Positions 34,176 to 46,135 of a DNA stretch of 64,000 nt are shown here, in pieces (position 1 is the first letter of the stretch; every line of letters begins with the position of its first letter). The position numbers and the translations under genes were made by a program. The notes under the pieces are model-generated. The model saw nothing but the letters and a program-made list of their open reading frames with translations. It was not told where the DNA came from and ran no database searches. Source of the DNA: an uncultured Planctomycetota bacterium (GTDB lineage Bacteria; Planctomycetota; Planctomycetia; Gemmatales; Gemmataceae). The DNA lies in the NCBI GenBank assembly GCA_963849325.1, contig CAWKHF010000007.1, positions 192,001 to 256,000 of the forward strand. The letters run 5' to 3'.

Positions 34176-35609
34176 TCAGAACTGGAAATAAATGAACGGT
34201 TTGCCGCCCTGCGGGGCCAGCACCAGCGCCAATCCCAGCAAAGTGGCATAACTGAAGCCCAGCATCGGCGCCGGCAGGCGCAGGGCCGGGCGAATCCACA
34301 CGCCGGTTTTGCCCAGCACGTGCGCCGCCAACATCACCGCCGCCGTCAGCCAGAAACCGAACTCGGGCACCGGCGTCGGCAGTCCATGCGGGACGGGGAC
34401 CAGCAGGCGCGTATACATCTGGAACGCATGTCCGAAGCTTGGCGCTCGGAAGACAACCAGGCTGACGCAGAAGCTCACGAACGTGAAGGCGATGCAGAAG
34501 GCCGTGCCCGCGTAGGATTGCAGGACGCGGTCCAGCCGGGGCCGGACCTTGCACCCGCGACGAAACGCACGCTGGATGATGAGCATGACTCCCTGGATAG
34601 CGCCGAAGCCGACGTAGGTCCACGCCGCTCCGTGCCACAGGCCGCACAGCGTCATGGTGATGAGCAGATTGCGGCACGTCTTCCGTTCGCCGCCGCGGCT
34701 GCCGCCCAGCGGGATGAAGAGATAATCGCGCAGCCAACTCGACAGCGACATGTGCCAGCGGTTCCAGAACTCGGCGATGTTCCGCGACAGGTACGGCATG
34801 TTGAAGTTCTCGGCCAGCTTGTAGCCGAGCATGTGAGCGGTGCCGATGGCCATGTCCGTGTAGCCGGAGAAGTCGCCGTAGACCTGCAGAGCATACGCGA
34901 ACATGGCGATCCAGGCGGCCGGCGTGCGGTACTCCAACGGATGATCGAAAACCGGGTCGGCGAACAGGGCCATGCGGTCGGCGATGGCCAGTTTCTTGAA
35001 CAGACCCATGAGGAAGTATTGCAGGCCCAGGTGCAGCCGCACCCAATCGCAGCGCTTGGGCCGCTTGATCTGCGGCAGAAAATCGCGGGCGCGGACGATC
35101 GGCCCGGCCACCAGATGCGGGAAGAACAGGATGAACAGCATGAAATCGCCGAGGTTGCGCTCGGCGGGGATGCGGCGGCGATAAACGTCCACCATGTAGT
35201 TGATGGCCTCGAAGGTGTAAAAGGAGATGCCGATGGGCAGGATGACCTGTAAGGTACGGAACCACATCGGCGAGCCGGCCGCGATCAACGCCTCGTCCAG
35301 CGACAGCAGGAAGAAGTTGGCGTACTTGAAGTAACCGAGCAGCCCCAGGTTGGCGATCAGGCTGATGCACAGCAGCAGCTTGCGCCGCCATGCCCCGCCC
35401 GGCTGTTCCATGCCCAGCGCGAGCAGGTAATCGAGCAGGGTGGAAAAGCAGATGATGATGGCGAGCCACTTATTCCAGCTGGCGTAAAAGCCGAAGCTGG
35501 CGATCAGCAACAGCCAGACGCGCGCCCGCCGCCAGGGGATCGACCAGTAGACGATCAGAAGCACGGCGAAGAAGACCATGAATTCGACGGAACAGAAGAG
35601 CATCGCCAT
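34176..35609 (-). CDS. MBOAT O-acyltransferase (AlgI/PatA/DltB family)
   Basis: LPIGISFYTF, DFSGYTDMAIG, FWNRWHMSLS, GLWHGA, FIYFQF. Confidence 0.93.
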   Translation of the reverse strand: MAMLFCSVEFMVFFAVLLIVYWSIPWRRARVWLLLIASFGFYASWNKWLAIIICFSTLLDYLLALGMEQPGGAWRRKLLLCISLIANLGLLGYFKYANFFLLSLDEALIAAGSPMWFRTLQVILPIGISFYTFEAINYMVDVYRRRIPAERNLGDFMLFILFFPHLVAGPIVRARDFLPQIKRPKRCDWVRLHLGLQYFLMGLFKKLAIADRMALFADPVFDHPLEYRTPAAWIAMFAYALQVYGDFSGYTDMAIGTAHMLGYKLAENFNMPYLSRNIAEFWNRWHMSLSSWLRDYLFIPLGGSRGGERKTCRNLLITMTLCGLWHGAAWTYVGFGAIQGVMLIIQRAFRRGCKVRPRLDRVLQSYAGTAFCIAFTFVSFCVSLVVFRAPSFGHAFQMYTRLLVPVPHGLPTPVPEFGFWLTAAVMLAAHVLGKTGVWIRPALRLPAPMLGFSYATLLGLALVLAPQGGKPFIYFQF

Positions 35610-35895
35610 CTCCTTCCGCGGACATCCATGCACGGGCGCCGCCGAGACGGAAGGCTGGCGGAGACGCCCGACATCCAACGACAGACCAGCGCGAGGGACG
35701 CGAGTTATACCCGAGGGAAATGTGGTGTCAAGAGCAGCCGCGCCGACCGGAGCGCGGATGCTCACGGCTCGTAACTACGTTGATTGACGCCTCTGTCCGG
35801 AGATTTTACAATGCCTTCCCTCCTTTCGGCGAACGACTGGCGCCAGCCGGCTGGTGAGTCCTGCCCGGAAGGATTGAGTTTTCAGGAGGCATGGC

Positions 35896-36528
35896 ATGGC
35901 TGATCCGGCTGTCCTGACCATTCATACCGATGGGGCCTCACGTGGCAATCCGGGTGCCGCCGCTTTCGCCTACGTCATCCGCGGCGAGGGGCCGACGCTC
36001 ATCGAGGAGGCCGATTGTCTCGGCCAGATGACCAACAACCAGGCCGAATACACCGCCCTTGTCCGCGCCCTCGAACATGCCCTCGAACTCGGGCCACATC
36101 ATCGCCTCCTCATCCACAGCGATAGCGAGCTGATGGTCAAGCAGATGAACGGCGAATACCGCGTCAAGAACGAGGAGCTGCGCGACCTCTATCAGCAGGC
36201 GTGTACCCTGCGCCGGCGCTTCGACGGGCCGGTGACGATCCGCCACGTCCGGCGGGAGCAGAACAAGCGCGCCGACGAGTTGTGCAATGAAGCCCTCGAC
36301 GGCAAGCGCTGCGCCATGCCGCGTCCGGTATCCGGGCCAGTCCAGAAAGCCGACCGTGCGCCGTCGCCGAGCCTGCGCGAGGAAGCGTTGGCGTGTCTGC
36401 GAGAGGCTGCATCCGCCTGGGCCGCCGGACCTTCGGGACCAACGCCGGAACACGTCTGGGGACGACTCGGGGAAATACTACAACGGCATGGACTGAGCCT
36501 ACCGGAGTCGGAACGCGGATCGACGTAA
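35896..36528 (+). CDS. rnhA: Ribonuclease HI family protein with C-terminal extension
   Basis: TDGASRGNPG, TNNQAEY, SDSEL, NKRADEL. Confidence 0.85.
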   Translation: MADPAVLTIHTDGASRGNPGAAAFAYVIRGEGPTLIEEADCLGQMTNNQAEYTALVRALEHALELGPHHRLLIHSDSELMVKQMNGEYRVKNEELRDLYQQACTLRRRFDGPVTIRHVRREQNKRADELCNEALDGKRCAMPRPVSGPVQKADRAPSPSLREEALACLREAASAWAAGPSGPTPEHVWGRLGEILQRHGLSLPESERGST

Positions 36529-36558
36529 TCGAAGAACCCGACGGAAAGGAGTCTCCCC

Positions 36559-37967
36559 ATGTCGCGCTATCTGTCTGTCCTCCTTCCTCTCCTTATTCTG
36601 CTTTTCTCCGTGAATGTCCCTCGCGCCGCGCCGGCGGATGAGGAATTGCAAGCCGGCTTTGGCGAGGCGGACATCACGCCAATCGTCAAAGACCGAACCG
36701 TCTACATGGCCGGCTTCGGCCACAACCGCAAGGCCACCGGCGTCCACGATCCTCTTCGGCGCGCGCCGTCGTCCTGCGACACGGCAAGGAGAAGATCGCC
36801 CTCGTCGCGGTCGATCTGGTCGGCTTCTTCCATCCGCACGTCGAGCGCGTCCGTCGCCGCTTGCCCGGCTTCGCCCATGTCGTTGTCTCCAGCACGCACA
36901 ACCACGAAGGACCGGACACGCTCGGTTTGTGGGGACCGACGCCGTTTCAGAGCGGCGTCGATGCCGACTATTTGGCGCACGTCGAGAAGCGGATCGTGGA
37001 GGCGGTGCAGGCGGCCGACGCCGGCCGCAAGGCCGTCACCGCCCGCATTGGCCGCACCCGCGCACCGGAGTTGCTCCACGACACGCGCGAACCCTATGTC
37101 AAGCACGATGAACTGGTCGCCCTGGAGTTCCGCGACTGGGAAGGCAAGACGGTTGGACTCGTCGTGCAATGGAACTGCCACCCCGAGACGCTCGGCGACA
37201 AAAACACGCAAATCAGCGCCGATTTCGTCGGTGCCGCCGTGAAGACATTGCAGGAGCGACAGCGTTGCCCCGTTGTCTATTTGACGGGCACAGTCGGCGG
37301 ACTGATGACCTCTCTGCGCGTCGAGGTCCAGAGCGCCGCGGGCAAGCCACTGGAGGATGGCACTTTTGAGAAGACGGAGCGTTACGGCGAACTGCTGGCG
37401 GAGACAGCCGGACGTGCCTTGAAGGCTGCTCGCCCCGTGAAACTGACGCCGCTGCAAGGGCGGCGGCGCACGCTGTTTCTGCCGCTGGACAACAAGTTGT
37501 TTCTACTGGCGCGGCAGCTCGGCGTTCTGAAGCGCGAGGCGTTCCACTGGAGCGGCGATCCGTACCGGGCGGAGCCGGCCGGCGACCTCAAGGATGGTAA
37601 GCCGCTGTGCCTGCGTACCGAGATCGCCTGGCTGCGGTTGGGCGAACTCGACATCGCCGCCATTCCGGGGGAGATTTATCCGGAATTGGTGCTCGACAAG
37701 GTACAAGACCCGGCGGACCCCGCAGCGGACTTCCCCGACGCGGTGGTCGAGCCGGCCATCTACAAGCAACTGCGCGGGCCGTACCGGATGCTGATCGGCC
37801 TGGCCGGGGACGAGATCGGCTACATCATCCCGAAGCGCCAATGGGACGCGAAAGCGCCCTACTGCTACGGGCGCAAGAAGGCCCAGTACGGCGAGGTCAA
37901 CAGCCTGGGGCCGGACACCGCGCCTTGGTTGTGCCGAGCGTTCCAGGAACTGCTGCAGAAAAATTAA
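36559..37967 (+). CDS. Secreted neutral/alkaline ceramidase-like protein; frameshift near 36755
   Basis: DITP, STHNHEGPD, NCHPE, IPGEIYPE. Confidence 0.7.
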
Positions 37968-38090
37968 CCACAGATGAACACAGATGAACACGGATAAGAC
38001 GTAATAAGGAAGCCAAGACAAAACAGCTGTCCTTTATCATTTGACCCTGTCTTATCCGTGTTCATCTGTGTTCATCTGTGGTTAATTTTT
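37959..38090. repeat. Perfect 42-bp inverted repeat of 10-mer units (CACAGATGAA), family B
   Basis: 37959-38000 is the exact reverse complement of 38049-38090; the left arm contains the upstream TAA. Confidence 0.9.
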
Positions 38091-38133
38091 TACTCCGTTT
38101 CTAAATCGTCAACGACGACTGCGAGAGGAGCTT

Positions 38134-38547
38134 TCAGCGGGGAAGGGCTGGGCCGCGTTCGGGATGGGCGCCGAGCGCCGCATCCGGGGCCGGTACGGCC
38201 GGCGGTCCCGCCGGCGTGCCGAGGATGGGCGGCAGAGTCGCCGGCGGCCCCACCGGCGCCGCCTGGCTCAGCGGAAACCCCGGCCCTGGCTGGACCATCA
38301 TGCCGGGCGGCTCACCCAGCAGCGGGCCGTCGCTCACAATCGGACCTCCGCCGCTGACGGGGACGCCTCCTCCACATCCACATCCCCCGCCGCACTCACA
38401 CGGACACGCCGTGCGCGGACGAAACAAGCTGAAGCGCTGCCACATGGAGCCGCCCGAGCCGCCGCAGCCGCCGCAGGGACTCGCGCACCCTGCCGCCAGC
38501 ACGGCGCCGGCCAGCGCCGCCGAAGTCGCCAAACGAAACCGTTTCAT
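38134..38547 (-). CDS. Cys/Gly/Pro-rich lipoprotein (end uncertain)
   Basis: MKRFRL...LAAGC lipobox, CGGCGG, CPCECGGGCGC. Confidence 0.55.
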   Translation of the reverse strand: MKRFRLATSAALAGAVLAAGCASPCGGCGGSGGSMWQRFSLFRPRTACPCECGGGCGCGGGVPVSGGGPIVSDGPLLGEPPGMMVQPGPGFPLSQAAPVGPPATLPPILGTPAGPPAVPAPDAALGAHPERGPALPR

Positions 38548-38859
38548 ATGCGGTCCCCTTGTCGGAATCTTCCCAGAACGGGAGCGAAAGACGGGTTTGG
38601 TGCGAACAGGTCCGCGTTCATCCCCACAGGGCCGCTGCCCGGCCGACTGTGATCCAGCTGTTCGCGTCCCAATCATGCGCCAGGAAGGGCGGATGGGCAA
38701 CCAGACAAGGGGCAGGAAAAAAGGCCCATGAGGCAAACCTCATGGGCCTGGTAAGCGTCACTGGATTTGTCGGTCAGCCAAGCATAGACGGACCAGCGAA
38801 TTTCCATCGGGCCGCTTGCGGCTTCGCGCGAAGCCGCAAGCGGCCTGGGCAACAGGCCC

Positions 38860-41464
38860 TCAACCCGCCTTCTTGTCGGCGGCCCGGCTGGCCATCTTGA
38901 TCTGGCCGCGCAGATAGTCCAGGGCCGCGTCGAGCTGCTTGTCCTGGAACTCCTTGGACGAGGACGGTTTGCCCTTGTGTTGGATGACCTCGGTGGAATG
39001 CAGGTGTTCGTCCAGGTCCACGCGCTCCTTGGCGCTGAGCTTGATGACCTTATTGGGCGATGACTCCCCATTCGTCCTCATCCTTGCCGGACGTGCTGGA
39101 CTTGTTGAGGTTCTTCTTGCTCGGCCGCCAGAAGGTCGCCGTCGTCAGCTTCAGCTCGCCGCCCTCGAACGGCAGGATGTGCTGTACACTGCCCTTGCCG
39201 TAGCTGCGCTCGCCGATGATGAAGGCCCGGCTGTGGTCCTGCAAAGCAGGCCGAGACGATCTCGCTGCCGCTGGCGCTGTAGCCGTTGACCAGGCACACC
39301 ATCGGGAAGTCGAGCAAGCTGCCGCGCGCCCGACCGCTGATCTCATTCTCCGGCTCGCCGCGCTCGCGGATGCTCACGATCACGCCGTCGTTGATGTACA
39401 GGTCGGAGATCTTGACGGCGCTGTCGAGCAGGCCGCCGGGATTGAAGCGCAGGTCGAGGATGAAGCCCTTGATGCCGCGCTCCGTCAGATTGGTCATGAC
39501 TCGATCCAGGTCGCGGTAGCTGTTGCGGGCGAACTGCGTCAGACGGATGTAGCCGATCTTGTTCTCCGCATCGATCAGGTAATCCCAGTCGTCGTTCTTC
39601 TTGCGGCGATAGCCGAGCACTGACTCGACCTCGACGTAGCCGCGCGTCAGATTGAACTCCAACGGCTTGTCCTCGCCCTCGCGCTGCACGGTCAACTTGA
39701 CCTTGGTGCCGGGCAGGCCGGTGATCTTCTTGACGGCCTTGGACAGCGGCAGCGCCCTTGGTGGAGATGACCTCCGGCGGGCTGAGCGGCTTGCCCTGGC
39801 TGTCCACCTCGCGGGTGACGGTCGTGATCAGGTCGCCGGCCTGGATGCCCGCCTTGTACGCCGGGCTGCCCTTGATCGGCGTCACCACCAGGAGCTGATC
39901 GGTGGCGCTGTCCTTGCGGATCTGGATGCCGACGCCGGGGAAGCGGCCGCCGATCTCCTGATCCATCTTCTTTTTCTGGTCCGGGTCGATGTAGGTCGTG
40001 TACGGATCGAGGTGCTTGAAGAGCATGCGTTGCAAGGTCAGGTCGATGTCCTTGTGGTTGTCCAGGTCCTCGCGCTTGCCCAGGGCTTGCCGGGCGTCGG
40101 CCAGCAGCGTGAGCAGCTCCGACTCCTTCAGGTCGCCAACATTTTTGAGCTGCGTTTCGATCTTCTCGGGGACCTTCTCGTCCACCTGCCGATACATGCC
40201 GCGAATGGCCCAGGCGACCAGGTCGATTGACCTTGACCTTCTTGACGTAGCCCTTGGCGATGATCTTGACCGCCTCCATGACCTTCTCGGCGAAGTCCAT
40301 GGCCTCGGCGCGCTTGAGCTTGGTGCCGGCGAGAATGCGGTCGCGTTCGGCGACGAACTTATCGAGGTCAATTTTGCCATCGAGCAGCGCCTGGTATTGC
40401 TTGCGCAGGTTGCGCTGCGCCTCCAGGCGCGGCATGTTTTCCAGCAGGGTTTTGCCCTCCTCGGCATATTCGGCGGGCACCTTGCCGTCCTTAACGAGCT
40501 GGGCGAACTTATCCAGCCGCTCTTTCACCTTGGCGGCGACGGCGGGGTTGGCCGTCAGCGCGAAGTGACTGCCCCGGCCGCCCAGAGCGATGAAATACTG
40601 CTCCCTCTCTTCCTTGCTCTTGCCGTGCGTCCGTACCAGCTCGCGCATCTCTTTTTCGAGGTATTCCGTCAGCTCATCGACGGTCACCAGGCCGTCCGGC
40701 TCATAGCCGTCCTTGTCGGCGGCACCTTGCAGTCCCTTGAGGACGGCCGAGGCGAAGACGCCGTGGTCCTTGAGGTCCAGCGACCGCTTCAGGCCGTTGG
40801 TCGCCAGGAACAGGACGCGGCCGGGCTTGGCGGACTCCTCCTCGGAGCCGTCATCGCCGAGTAATTCCTTGTAGGGATTGCTGCCCAGGGTCGGCTCGGC
40901 GACCTTCTTGTCGTTGGTGGTGAAGCCCTTGAAGTCCACGTCGAGGAAAACGCAAAAGCGCTGGCTCTTGAGCTTCTTGAGGGCATCGGAGACTTCCAGG
41001 TCGGCGACGGCGTTCTTGGAGCGGCCCTCGAAGGTCGAATCGGAGGCGAAGTAACAGCGGTGGTCGCCGACCGGGCCGCCCTCGCCGAAGAAGCCGAACA
41101 GGACGAGGTCGTTGCTCTTGGCGTTGTCGGCGACCCAGCGCAGCGCCTTGAGAATGTTGGCGCGGGTCGCCGGTTCACTGCCGGGCACCTTGGCGGAGTC
41201 GCCGAGAAGCAGCCGACTGTGCTCGGCATCGACGCCAAGGTACTTCTTGTCGGTGAAGAGCTGGTAAAGCGCCTTGGCGTCGTCCTCGGCGTGGGGGCGC
41301 GGTTTGATTTGCTTGTCGGCGTAATTGCTGATGCCGACCATCACCACGTAGGGTTGATGCGCCTTGGCGTCGGCAGCCTTGGGTTGTTCGGCGCACAGCG
41401 GCAGGGCCAGCAAGCCGAGGGTGAGCACGGCCCCCAGCCAACGAGACAACATCGCCCGGGTCAT
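38860..41464 (-). CDS. S41 C-terminal processing protease with N-terminal caspase-like domain and PDZ; frameshifts near 40225, 39750, 39245, 39070
   Basis: VGISNY...ATRANI (C14 fold); LDPYT, GVGIQI (PDZ), DLRFNPGGLL, SASGSEIV, YGKGSVQ. Confidence 0.85.
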
Positions 41465-41773
41465 GTAAATCAATCCTTTCGGAAGGATGCGCGGAGACGG
41501 AAGCGAACGGAAGGCTTCAACTCCCCTCCGGCAGACGGCAGCCCATTACTCCTCGGCGGAACCTCCGCGTGAGATGGCGGCGGCAGGACAGGATGTCATC
41601 ACAGAGAGCGCAGATCGTACAACCCTCACCATCGGACGAAACCGCCTATACCTATTGTGACCGACATTCCAAACCAGTCAACCCAAGTACGCGAGCCTTT
41701 ACCGTACAGAGGTTCAGATAGGACAGTTCGTACAATGGTTATGTCCCGTGGTCCCAAGTCAGAGAGGCCGCGC

Positions 41774-42220
41774 ATGAAACGGCTTCGCGTGGTGATTCTG
41801 CTCGCCGTTACCATAGCCCTGCTGGCCGGCGCGCTCTTCTGGTCGCGCCGCACGGCGAGGAGCCGAGCGGCCACGCCGACGGAATGTTTGGACCATTATT
41901 ATGAGTCATGCCGGAGCGGCGATATCGAGCAATACCGCAACTGCCTGGGCGAACCTTACCGCTCTCAGTCCGACGCGGGGGGCTTCGATGCCGCGCGACG
42001 CGACGTGAAGGACATCAAGAATTGGGTGCAGTGCGCGGAAACGGTCGCGGACGGCTCGTCGCTTGCGATAGACGTGGATGAAGTTCGCGTCGAAGGCGTC
42101 CGGCGTTTGCGCTTCCATCTACGGCAAGCCGACTCCGGCTGGGCCATCGTGGCCATCGATCCGCCGCGCACGCGTCCCACGCCCCTTCGCTACGGCACCC
42201 GCGTCGGCGACGAACCTTGA
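41774..42220 (+). CDS. Hypothetical protein with N-terminal TM (NTF2-like inferred)
   Basis: TM then TPTECLDHYY...GWAIVAI. Confidence 0.55.
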   Translation: MKRLRVVILLAVTIALLAGALFWSRRTARSRAATPTECLDHYYESCRSGDIEQYRNCLGEPYRSQSDAGGFDAARRDVKDIKNWVQCAETVADGSSLAIDVDEVRVEGVRRLRFHLRQADSGWAIVAIDPPRTRPTPLRYGTRVGDEP

Positions 42221-42234
42221 GCGAGAAACGGTTT

Positions 42235-42298
42235 CCAACCAGCCCGGAGCGCCAGCGACGGGTCTTTCTGCCCGTCGCTGGCGCTCCGGGCTGGTTGG
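42235..42298. repeat. Perfect 28-bp-arm REP-like palindrome between convergent genes
   Basis: CCAACCAGCCCGGAGCGCCAGCGACGGG / CCCGTCGCTGGCGCTCCGGGCTGGTTGG. Confidence 0.85.
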
Positions 42299-42308
42299 GA
42301 AAACGTTT

Positions 42309-45223
42309 CTACGGTTGATACGTGATCCACATCGGCGACGCCCAGGCCAGATTGCCGTCCGCCTGCTCGATGCGGACATAATAGTAACTGGTCTTGCCCG
42401 CCTGGGCCTCCATGTCGGTGAAACGCAGCTTGGCCTCGCGTTGCTTGGGTTCGGTGCTGTAGACGTACTTGTTGTCGCGGATGACGTGGACCTTGGCGAT
42501 GGGTGCGGTGCCCTGAACCTGGATCTCCAGCGCCGGCCGTTTCGCCGTGGTGAAACTGTCGCCCATGAGGTGCTCGCCGGAACGTACGTCGAGGACGATG
42601 TTATCGGTGGCGCCGTAACAGTGCCGCTTCTTGAAGGCGTCGATGATGCCCTGGCGCGATACGTCGTCGCTAAGCACCATCGCGTAGCTCATGTGCGTGC
42701 TGACGTGATCGCTGGAGGCCTGGAAGCCGAGGCGATAACCTTTCTCCAGGGCGTTCCAGACGAAGCCCTTGGGCTTGTAGCCGCCGATCTGCGTGTCGGC
42801 CGTCGCCGACCGGGGCATTCCGGAATTTTCGTAATTGTGCCGGTGGCCCTGGTAGATCTCGACGATCGGCTCGACGGTGGGATCGTTGTCGCGCCAGTCG
42901 GTGCCCATGTCGGTGGCGCTGGTGTGCGAGGCGCAGATGGCGCCGAAGTGCTTCAAATAAGCGTACAGCAGTTTGGTGTCCGGTGTGCCCTTCTCCGGCG
43001 TGCCGGCCAGTTCGGTGCGCGGCAGCGGACGGATGCCGGGCCGAGGGAAGATGACGTTGCGATGGCCATTGGGATAGACCACGCTGCGCTCATACACGTG
43101 CATGGCCACGAAACGCGGCGGGTTCTGGAACAACTCGGTGACTTTCTGGAAGTGCCACCACATATACTCGGAACCGAAGCCGTTGTCGTGATCGCCGTTG
43201 CCGATCCAATCCATGTCGGCGGCATCCAGACCGTAGCGCCAGGCGTCTTCGAGGCTGCCGTCCTGATCGTTGTGGGCACTGAATTCGGTATGGCGATGAA
43301 ATTCTCCTCGCAGCAGGTGCAGCTTTTTGCCGCCCGCCTCCAGGCGATACTGGCGCATGTGCGCGATGTCGGCGGTTTCGTCCTTATGGGCGGGCGGCAG
43401 GGTGGCGGCCGGCGCCGGCTCGTCGTCGGTGAGTTGCGGAACGGCGGTCGGTCCCGACGGGTTCAAGACAGCGGCGAACAGGTCGTCCTGATCGCGCATC
43501 TGCGTCCGCAAGCGGGCGTCGCCGCTGTAGACGGCGAGAACGCCGTCGCCCAACGGCGTCAGGGCGGGACGGTTGTCGAGCAGGTCGTCGGAGGACGCCA
43601 GGCGGCGCGTCGGCGACCATTGTCGGCCCTGGTAGCGCAGCGCGTAGCTGTTCCACACTTCGCCGGCGCCGCCCGGCAGAGGATGGTGCCGCAGCAATAG
43701 CCAGATACCGCCGGCCGCGTCCACGGCCAGGCGCGGCAGGCTCTTGTTGCGCTTCAGCGTACCCTCCAGCGCCTGTTGCAAATCGCCGGCCGGCCGCCGC
43801 AGTTTGCCATCCGCCAGGCATTTCACCTGGATCGTCCGATGAATGTACAGGGCGAAGCCGAGGTTTTTGGGTAGACCCTTCGCGACCGGCTGGGCGTTGG
43901 CGTAGTCCTTGCCCCATTGTTCGTCGCCGTCTTCATAAGCGATCCACAAGCGATCCTGTTTGTCGCAAGCGAGCTGCGGTCGGGCCTCGAAGCGCGGCGA
44001 GTTCGCCACGGCGACGATTTCGCCGAGTTGACCGCCCTTGTCCACGGTTCGGAGCAGGACGTCGTAGTTGCCCTTGTCGTAGCTGTCCCAGGCGACGAAG
44101 ACGCGGCCGCGCGAATCGGCGGCGATGGCCGGCGTCCAATCGTTGGCCGAGCTGTGCGAGATGGTCCGCGGCTCTTTCCAGGCATGGCCTTCGACCGGGG
44201 CGGCCAGCAGGATGTCGAAGTTGTCTTTGCGCCAGGCTTGCCAGGCCAGCCAGACCACGCCGGCGGCGTCGGTCGTCGCCACCACGTGAAAATCGGCGCC
44301 CGGCGCGCGCGTGAGGCGAACCGTCTCGGACCACTGGCCGGCTTGCCCGTCCTTGGCCGGCGGCGTGTAACGGCGATAAACGATCTCCCAATCGCCATCG
44401 ATCTGCTGGCTCCAGGCCACCCAGACATCGCCTTTGCCATCGACGGCTACCGTCGGACGCCACACGCGCAGGCCGCCATCGCTAACGTCCAGCGGCGGCG
44501 ACCAAACCTTGCCGTCGAAACGCATCAGCAAGACCTGATCGCCGTTGTCCTTCGGTTCCAGGGCCTCGAAGCCGCCGGCCTTGACGCGCTCCATGAGGAT
44601 CGGCTGTCCCGGCTGGTAGGCGACGTAGGCCAACCAGATGACGCCGTCCTTGCCCTTGGCCAGGACCGGATAATCGTCCTCCGTGTCCGGTTCGGTCAAG
44701 CGCACGGCGCCTTCCTCGCGCTGAACGGAAACCTGCTCTTCCAGAAAGCGCTTGGTGACGCCGATCGAGAGGTCGGCCAACTTGAAGTCGAACTTGCCCG
44801 CCGGGGTTGAAACGCGGACGGTGGCCGATTCGGCGCGTCCAGACGGACGTGCAACCGGGGCCGGACGATGACCGCACGCATCGCCTGTTTGCGGCTGACC
44901 GATCGAGCGCGGAAGCGACCGTCCTCGGTCCTGGTCCGCGAAGCGGGACGAACGACCTCGACCTCTACGACGCGCCCTTCGGAGACCTCGATGGTCCCGT
45001 CCCAGTCGGTGGGTTTGGTGTCTTTCAGCCCCGGAACGATTTCCAGGCTAATCATCCGCGCCGGCATGGCGACGGGCTTCCCGGCGGGCCGGCGTTTCTT
45101 GGCCGCCGGCTGCGCCGGCTTGTCCGCTTCTTTGGGGGCTTGACTGCCAGTGAGGGCGACGACCACGAAAACGACCACGGCGGCCACGGCCGCGAGAGAA
45201 CTCCACCGAACGGAGCGTGTCAT
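42309..45223 (-). CDS. Large secreted protein: beta-propeller plus PHP-like (DUF3604-like) metallohydrolase; frameshift near 44830
   Basis: GEFHRHTEFS, DHD, GHRN, SSDH, YYYVRIEQ...WASPMW. Confidence 0.75.
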
Positions 45224-45397
45224 GGCACAATCCTCCCAGGCGAGTTCGCCGTCCCAGAGATGGTCCTTGCGGTCGGCACGGCTCGGCGCGACCATGCCGG
45301 CCTGGATGCGAAACCTTTTCACGAATGAAACTATCGCTGACGGAGGAGAAATGCAAGGATTTCTTACCGGCCGCGGACGGCGATGGATGGCGAGCTG

Positions 45398-45417
45398 TCC
45401 GTTCCGGGCGATCCGGC
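45398..45417 (+). repeat. 20-bp direct repeat, left copy
   Basis: TCCGTTCCGGGCGATCCGGC identical at 48460-48479. Confidence 0.85.
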
Positions 45418-45431
45418 GGCGGCAGGCATAT

Positions 45432-46110
45432 TCACCAGTCATTGTCGGGCACTTCGCCGCCGTTGGGGGTGAGGGCGGACCACCAGGTTGATGGAGTCAT
45501 GCCGCCGGCCACGATGCGGACGCTGCCGTCACCCCACGACCAGCGTGTCCTGAGCGGTTTGCGCCACATAAGGAAGACAGGTGCCCAGGGGAGCCGTAGG
45601 TTTGATCTGGAACATCGTCGCGACGCCCACCCGGCCAGGCACCATGCCCGAGTCACTTAGGTTTGTCCGGTAGCCCATGCTCCCGGTCGTGTTGCCGTAG
45701 GCGATCATCGCCATGGGAGCCGCTCCATGGCTCGGCCAGCTGCCGACGGACCACTCGGTTTCTCCCTGTGGGCCGCCGTTTACGTCGGGATTCGCCTTGT
45801 CGTAACACAGGCGGGATTTTTCGGCAACCACGACTGTGTTCGATAGTCCATCGCGGATACGGGTGACAAGACTAGCGCCCGTTCCCTGGCAGTTAGGCGG
45901 AACGTCGCCCATCTCTGGGCTGCCGAACACCTGAAAATTCGCCGCATAGTTACCGAAACCGTATCCATACATAGTCTCCATCGTTTCGGAGGTAGTGTAG
46001 TCGGACGGGCACAGGTAGACCGAGATGGGTAGAGCGGGTCGGCAACGATACCCCTAACCCGTTGGCCTGGTTATACGCGGCGGTCCGCTCAACATACGGC
46101 AAGAGGTGGA
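45432..46110 (-). pseudogene. DUF1559-family remnant lacking its pilin-like N-terminus
   Basis: HLLPYVE, YLCPSD, NYAAN, IRDGLSNTVVVAE, DGSVR, ALTPNGGEV across frames. Confidence 0.75.
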
Positions 46111-46135
46111 AGGCAGGAAAAAAGGTGTCAGGAAC

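Noticed and set aside
37959-38090. Short tandem units here and at 34047 and 55528 as a CRISPR array
   Set aside because: There are no unique spacers between direct repeats, the arrangement is inverted, and no cas genes are present.
42078-43700. Long antisense ORFs (also 52121..53635, 58389..60047, 55592..56917, 27704..29065)
   Set aside because: Shadow ORFs opposite well-supported genes in high-GC DNA, with no motifs.
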